Origin: Naegleria gruberi
Lineage: Eukaryota
DNA length: 2,338 bases
NCBI GenBank assembly: GCA_000004985.1
Contig: GG739268.1
Reading direction: 5' to 3' (one strand)
The translations under genes and the position numbers were made by a program. The notes beneath the pieces were generated by a model, which worked only from the letters and a program-made list of their open reading frames with translations, did not search any database and was not told the origin of the DNA. Of this stretch, positions 1-2,338 are shown piece by piece (position 1 is the first letter of the stretch; every line of letters starts with the position of its first letter).

Positions 1-1
1 A

Positions 2-433
2 AATTATAATGAAATACAAAATGAATTAAAACAAACATTAAATTGTATAGCAATAGCTGATGATATTGAAGTTTCTACACCTGAAATGAATATTTCTAAT
101 AGAATTGAAAGTGGAATTGAATTGGCATTTTCATTAGAAAAGAGTTTTAATATTTTACAACAAATTATTAATGAAATGAATCAAATTTTAAATGATACTT
201 CAAATTTAAAATTACAATTTACAACTATGGATGATATTATACATCAATCTACATTTGAATTAAATAGATTATCAAATCAAAATATACCATATTTATCAAA
301 TATTGAATCAGAACATACTAGTTTATTATTTCAATCTAATCAACAACAACAACAATATAAATCAATTTCATCATCAACAACAACAATGGATCCATTTTCA
401 TTTAATTTATTAAGAGAATCTCTTGGACTGTAA
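2..433 (+). CDS. 3' part of a hypothetical Gln/Asn/Ser-rich protein; the 5' end lies outside the window. The ATG at 86 is probably an internal Met.
   Basis: The reading frame starting at base 2 is open from the window edge to TAA 431-433. The other two + frames hit stops within the first 30 nt. Codons before the Met at 86 (gct gat gat att gaa gtt tct aca cct gaa) show Dictyostelium-like usage. The product has coiled-coil-like heptad content, a (CAA)5 Gln run and a Ser/Thr run. I recognise no family. Confidence 0.55.
   Translation, partial: NYNEIQNELKQTLNCIAIADDIEVSTPEMNISNRIESGIELAFSLEKSFNILQQIINEMNQILNDTSNLKLQFTTMDDIIHQSTFELNRLSNQNIPYLSNIESEHTSLLFQSNQQQQQYKSISSSTTTMDPFSFNLLRESLGL
341..355 (+). 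repeat. (CAA)5 trinucleotide repeat encoding QQQQQ; a second (CAA)4 run sits at 374-385
   Basis: Read directly: caacaacaacaacaa. Poly-Gln of this kind is typical of Dictyostelium coding simple-sequence repeats. Confidence 0.9.
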
Positions 434-434
434 A

Positions 435-440
435 AATAAA
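435..440 (+). terminator. AATAAA polyadenylation signal directly after the gene-1 stop
   Basis: taaAAATAAAtttg; the hexamer starts 2 nt after the TAA, inside a short 102-bp intergenic spacer. Confidence 0.5.
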
Positions 441-461
441 TTTGTTTCATGTTTCTAATTG

Positions 462-492
462 TTAGCCTTTTTATTATGAAAATTAGCCTTTT
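462..492 (+). promoter_or_regulatory. Two perfect copies of TTAGCCTTTT (462-471 and 483-492), 21 bp apart, in the T-rich upstream region of the 87-aa ORF
   Basis: Direct 10-mer repeat seen in the sequence. The GCC core stands out in a region otherwise almost purely A/T. The repeat lies about 45-75 nt upstream of ATG 536 and is followed by oligo-T/A stretches typical of Dictyostelium promoters. Confidence 0.4.
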
Positions 493-535
493 GTTTATTT
501 TAAAATAATATTTTATTCATAACAAACAATTAAAA

Positions 536-799
536 ATGTCAAATAATTCAAAACAATTGTATCATTTTGAAGGTGATGAAGAAATATTAAAGAAATTATT
601 ACAAACTGAACAATATTCAATTTCCGAAAGAACAGAATTGGAAAATGAATTTTATGACAAGGTTGAAAATAATTTATTTAATCTAGCAATATTATTAACC
701 AAAGACATGACCATGCAAGAATTACTTCAATTATCTTCAAAAGATTTACGTCAATTAATTGAAAAGTATGCCAACAACAATAATAATAGCAAACAATGA
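536..799 (+). CDS. Hypothetical small acidic protein of 87 aa with an Asn-rich C-terminus and no Cys
   Basis: Complete ORF with AAAATG start context, Dictyostelium codon usage and TGA stop. I could not place the product in a known family; the C-terminal segment MTMQELLQLSSKDLRQLIEKY resembles only the first helix of a SAP domain, so the domain is probably not there. Confidence 0.6.
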   Translation: MSNNSKQLYHFEGDEEILKKLLQTEQYSISERTELENEFYDKVENNLFNLAILLTKDMTMQELLQLSSKDLRQLIEKYANNNNNSKQ

Positions 800-910
800 C
801 CTCCCACTTTTGATGTTATTCTGATCATCACCCGAAGGCTGTTTGTCGACTTGAAAAAAAGGCTTTGTCATACAATAACAAGAATACTCATCATACAACA
901 CCCAGTCGAT
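800..910. other. GC-elevated intergenic island containing the pfdn4 promoter/5' UTR, with possible additional ncRNA or cis elements
   Basis: My hand count is about 46 G+C in 121 nt (~38%), against flanking intergenic DNA that is nearly all A/T. It contains TCCCACTT (802-809), a 6/8 match to the Dictyostelium upstream sequence element [AT]CCCA[CT]AA. It also has the direct repeats AAGGCTGTTTGTC (836-848) and AAGGCTTTGTC (859-869), and the palindrome GTCGAC (846-851). Confidence 0.3.
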
Positions 911-941
911 GAAATTTGATTAAAAATTAAAATTAAAAAAA

Positions 942-1343
942 ATGCTCGCCACAAAGAAACAAGCTACAACAACAACAGAAGACAACACTTATCAAATTAC
1001 GTGGGAGGATCAAAAGAAGATTAATAATTTTAGTAGAATTAATGTTCGTTTCAATGAATTGGAAAGAGAAATTACAGATTTGAAGGAAGAGTTGAATAAA
1101 TTAAATGATGCCTCTGATGAAATTTTCATCTCGGATAATATTAGTTATGTTGTTGGTGAATTGTTTGTAGAAGTTAATGCTGATCAAGCAGAAAAACTTT
1201 TGGATGAAAGAAAGGAAAAAGTTAAAAAGGACTTGAAGGATAGACAAAAGGAATTTAAAGATATTGAAAATAAGATGAAGGAATTAAAGGCTAATCTTTA
1301 TGCTAGATTTGGTTCACATATTAACTTGGAAGAATCTAAATAA
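942..1343 (+). CDS. pfdn4: Prefoldin subunit 4 (beta-type prefoldin), 133 aa
   Basis: The product ...ITWEDQKKINNFSRIN...VGELFVEVNADQAEKLLDERKEKVKKDLKDRQKEFKDIENKMKELKANLYARFGSHINLEESK aligns from the first Met to the C-terminus with human PFDN4 as I recall it. The matching human segments are VTFEDQQKINKFARN...IGDVFISHSQEETQEMLEEAKKNLQEEIDALESRV...LYAKFGSNINLE. AAAATG start context, A-rich leader and TAA stop. The family is known; this call rests on sequence recalled from memory, not a database search. Confidence 0.9.
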   Translation: MLATKKQATTTTEDNTYQITWEDQKKINNFSRINVRFNELEREITDLKEELNKLNDASDEIFISDNISYVVGELFVEVNADQAEKLLDERKEKVKKDLKDRQKEFKDIENKMKELKANLYARFGSHINLEESK

Positions 1344-1585
1344 TTTATTATAAAAACAAATTTATTTATTTTATTATTTAATGTTTTTGATTTTAATAAT
1401 TTTAATGAATTTCAGTCGTTTTGAAAAATGCTGAAAGTTATTATACAAGATAGAATACATTCTAAGTGACGTTGTCAAGATGACTCTCTCAAGGTCAAGC
1501 AGAGTTTAACTTATTAGAAATGCAATTCAGTCTGAGGTAAATTTGTTTATTAAATAAAACTAATCTTCTCTCTTCTTTCGTTTGC

Positions 1586-1591
1586 TTTATT
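1586..1591 (-). terminator. AATAAA poly(A) signal for the - strand gene (+ strand TTTATT), 28 nt beyond its stop; a second copy sits at 1547-1552
   Basis: Reverse complement of tttatt. A + strand AATAAA at 1554-1559 may serve pfdn4 about 210 nt after its stop. The two genes are convergent with a 275-bp spacer. Confidence 0.4.
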
Positions 1592-1618
1592 AGATCTAAT
1601 ATGCCATTTAAATTAAAA

Positions 1619-2338
1619 TTAAACAATTTTTTTCAATTCAATTAAAGTATGGGTAGATTCAACTCTAAATTCAAAATCTCCAAGTGAACCTGAAAAGTTA
1701 GATAAAACAACAGTTAAAGGAAATATTGAATGTGTAAAATCCTTTTGAAAATAAGTTAATTCTTGACTTGATAATTTACACATTGAAAAACATCTTCTAT
1801 AATTACCAGTTGAAGTAATCATTAATTCTTTAGCAGGTAAATGGATTGGTTGACCTTGATTACAAAATACCATTATATTAATATCTAATGGTTGTAAACA
1901 TGATAAACTAAATCTTAAATTAGTTTTATCAAATAATGTTGTATGTGGACTATTACTTCTATTATTACCATGAGAATGAGAATGATGATGATTAATATTA
2001 TTAATATTATTAATATTATTAGTATTTGGTAATGAAATTAAATATTGTGGATTTAATCTAAAAGTATTAATTTGATTACAACTACCACCACATGTATTAC
2101 TTGTCCATGAATCTCTAACATTTCTATAATATTTATATGTTTGTGGAATGGGTTCTAAACTACATGGTACACTTGAATAACAAAATAATGAATATCTAAT
2201 ACTTTGTATCATTCCATGTTGTGATAATACTATTCTAAATATAGATAATTGATCATTTGAATCATCATTTGAATTGTTTGATGAATTATTTGAATTATTT
2301 GATGATGTATTTGATGATGAATTATTTAAATTTGAATT
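1619..2338 (-). CDS. Hypothetical protein with an Asn/Ser-rich low-complexity N-terminal part, a His-rich motif HHHSHSH and a Cys-containing C-terminal globular region; the 5' end lies beyond the window
   Basis: The - frame is open from the right window edge to TAA (rc of 1619-1621). I translated 2213-2338 by hand: ...NSNLNNSSSNTSSNNSNNSSNNSDDNDSNDQLSIFRIVLSQHG-M..., with no stop. So the Met at 2212 is internal and the gene continues upstream. The C-terminal ~110 aa (LRFSLSCLQPLDINIMVFCNQGQPIHLPAKELMITSTGNYRRCF...FEFRVESTHTLIELKKIV) look like an ordered domain. I do not recognise it. Confidence 0.6.
   Translation of the reverse strand, partial: NSNLNNSSSNTSSNNSNNSSNNSNDDSNDQLSIFRIVLSQHGMIQSIRYSLFCYSSVPCSLEPIPQTYKYYRNVRDSWTSNTCGGSCNQINTFRLNPQYLISLPNTNNINNINNINHHHSHSHGNNRSNSPHTTLFDKTNLRFSLSCLQPLDINIMVFCNQGQPIHLPAKELMITSTGNYRRCFSMCKLSSQELTYFQKDFTHSIFPLTVVLSNFSGSLGDFEFRVESTHTLIELKKIV
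1991..2017 (-). repeat. Three perfect tandem copies of the 9-mer ATTAATATT, encoding (NIN)3 on the - strand. Next to it, (GAGAAT)2 + GATGATGATG at 1970-1990 encodes HHHSHSH.
   Basis: Read directly: attaatatt attaatatt attaatatt, with partial copies on both flanks. It is in frame within the - strand CDS. Confidence 0.85.

Noticed and set aside
86-88. The ATG at 86 as the true start of gene 1 (as listed in the ORF track)
   Set aside because: The same frame is open with coding-like codon usage all the way to base 2, and the other two frames hit stops. The gene almost certainly starts upstream of the window.
800-920. Box C/D snoRNA in the GC-rich island: a perfect box C ATGATGA lies on the - strand (rc of 888-894), and UGAUGU plus CUGA lie on the + strand (811-824).
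   Set aside because: The - strand has no CUGA box D or terminal stem within 60-120 nt of the box C. On the + strand the C-like and D-like boxes are only 3 nt apart. This does not fit C/D architecture.
800-1540. tRNA genes as the explanation for the two GC-elevated patches
   Set aside because: There is no GTTCGA/T-loop motif, no acceptor-stem complementarity and no A/B box spacing in either patch on either strand.
1560-1592. The - strand reads ...cgaaagAAGAGAGAAGATTAGttttat. The 12-mer AGAGAAGATTAG is identical to the conserved U6 snRNA core ACAGAGAAGAUUAGCAUGG.
   Set aside because: Nothing else of U6 is present: no GCAUGGCCCCUGCGCAAGGAUGACACGC continuation and no 5' stem-loop. On the + strand the stretch is simply a pyrimidine-rich 3'-UTR tract, so the match is best explained as chance in a purine run.
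2210-2212. The Met at 2212 as the start of the - strand gene
   Set aside because: Hand translation of 2213-2338 on the - strand shows a continuous Asn/Ser-rich reading frame to the window edge, so this Met is internal.
1-2338. A prokaryotic or phage defence system, CRISPR array, transposon or other mobile element
   Set aside because: Composition, codon usage, start contexts, poly(A) signals and the prefoldin orthologue all indicate a eukaryotic (dictyostelid) nuclear locus. I found no long direct or inverted repeats, no LTR/TIR structures and no spacer-repeat periodicity.

Overview
The window is AT-rich nuclear DNA that looks like Dictyostelium (social amoeba); the organism call is an inference from composition. 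Supporting signs are strongly A/T-ending codons, AAAATG start contexts, CAA/AAT-encoded poly-Gln/Asn tracts and AATAAA poly(A) signals. It holds four tightly packed protein-coding genes. (1) The 3' end of a + strand gene runs in from the left edge and stops at 433. (2) A small acidic 87-aa ORF on the + strand spans 536-799. (3) A clear prefoldin subunit 4 orthologue on the + strand spans 942-1343. (4) A convergent - strand gene has its stop at 1619 and continues past the right edge; it has Asn/Ser/His-rich low-complexity stretches and a Cys-containing C-terminal domain. I see no prokaryotic defence system, CRISPR array or mobile element; this looks like an ordinary housekeeping locus. Five things are worth a second look. 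Two intergenic patches (about 800-910 and 1410-1540) are clearly more GC-rich than Dictyostelium intergenic DNA normally is, which suggests ncRNA genes or strong cis elements. A distinctive motif TTAGCCTTTT / AAAAGGCT recurs in both promoters. The small ORF next to prefoldin 4 is uncharacterised. The C-terminal domain of the convergent gene is unrecognised.
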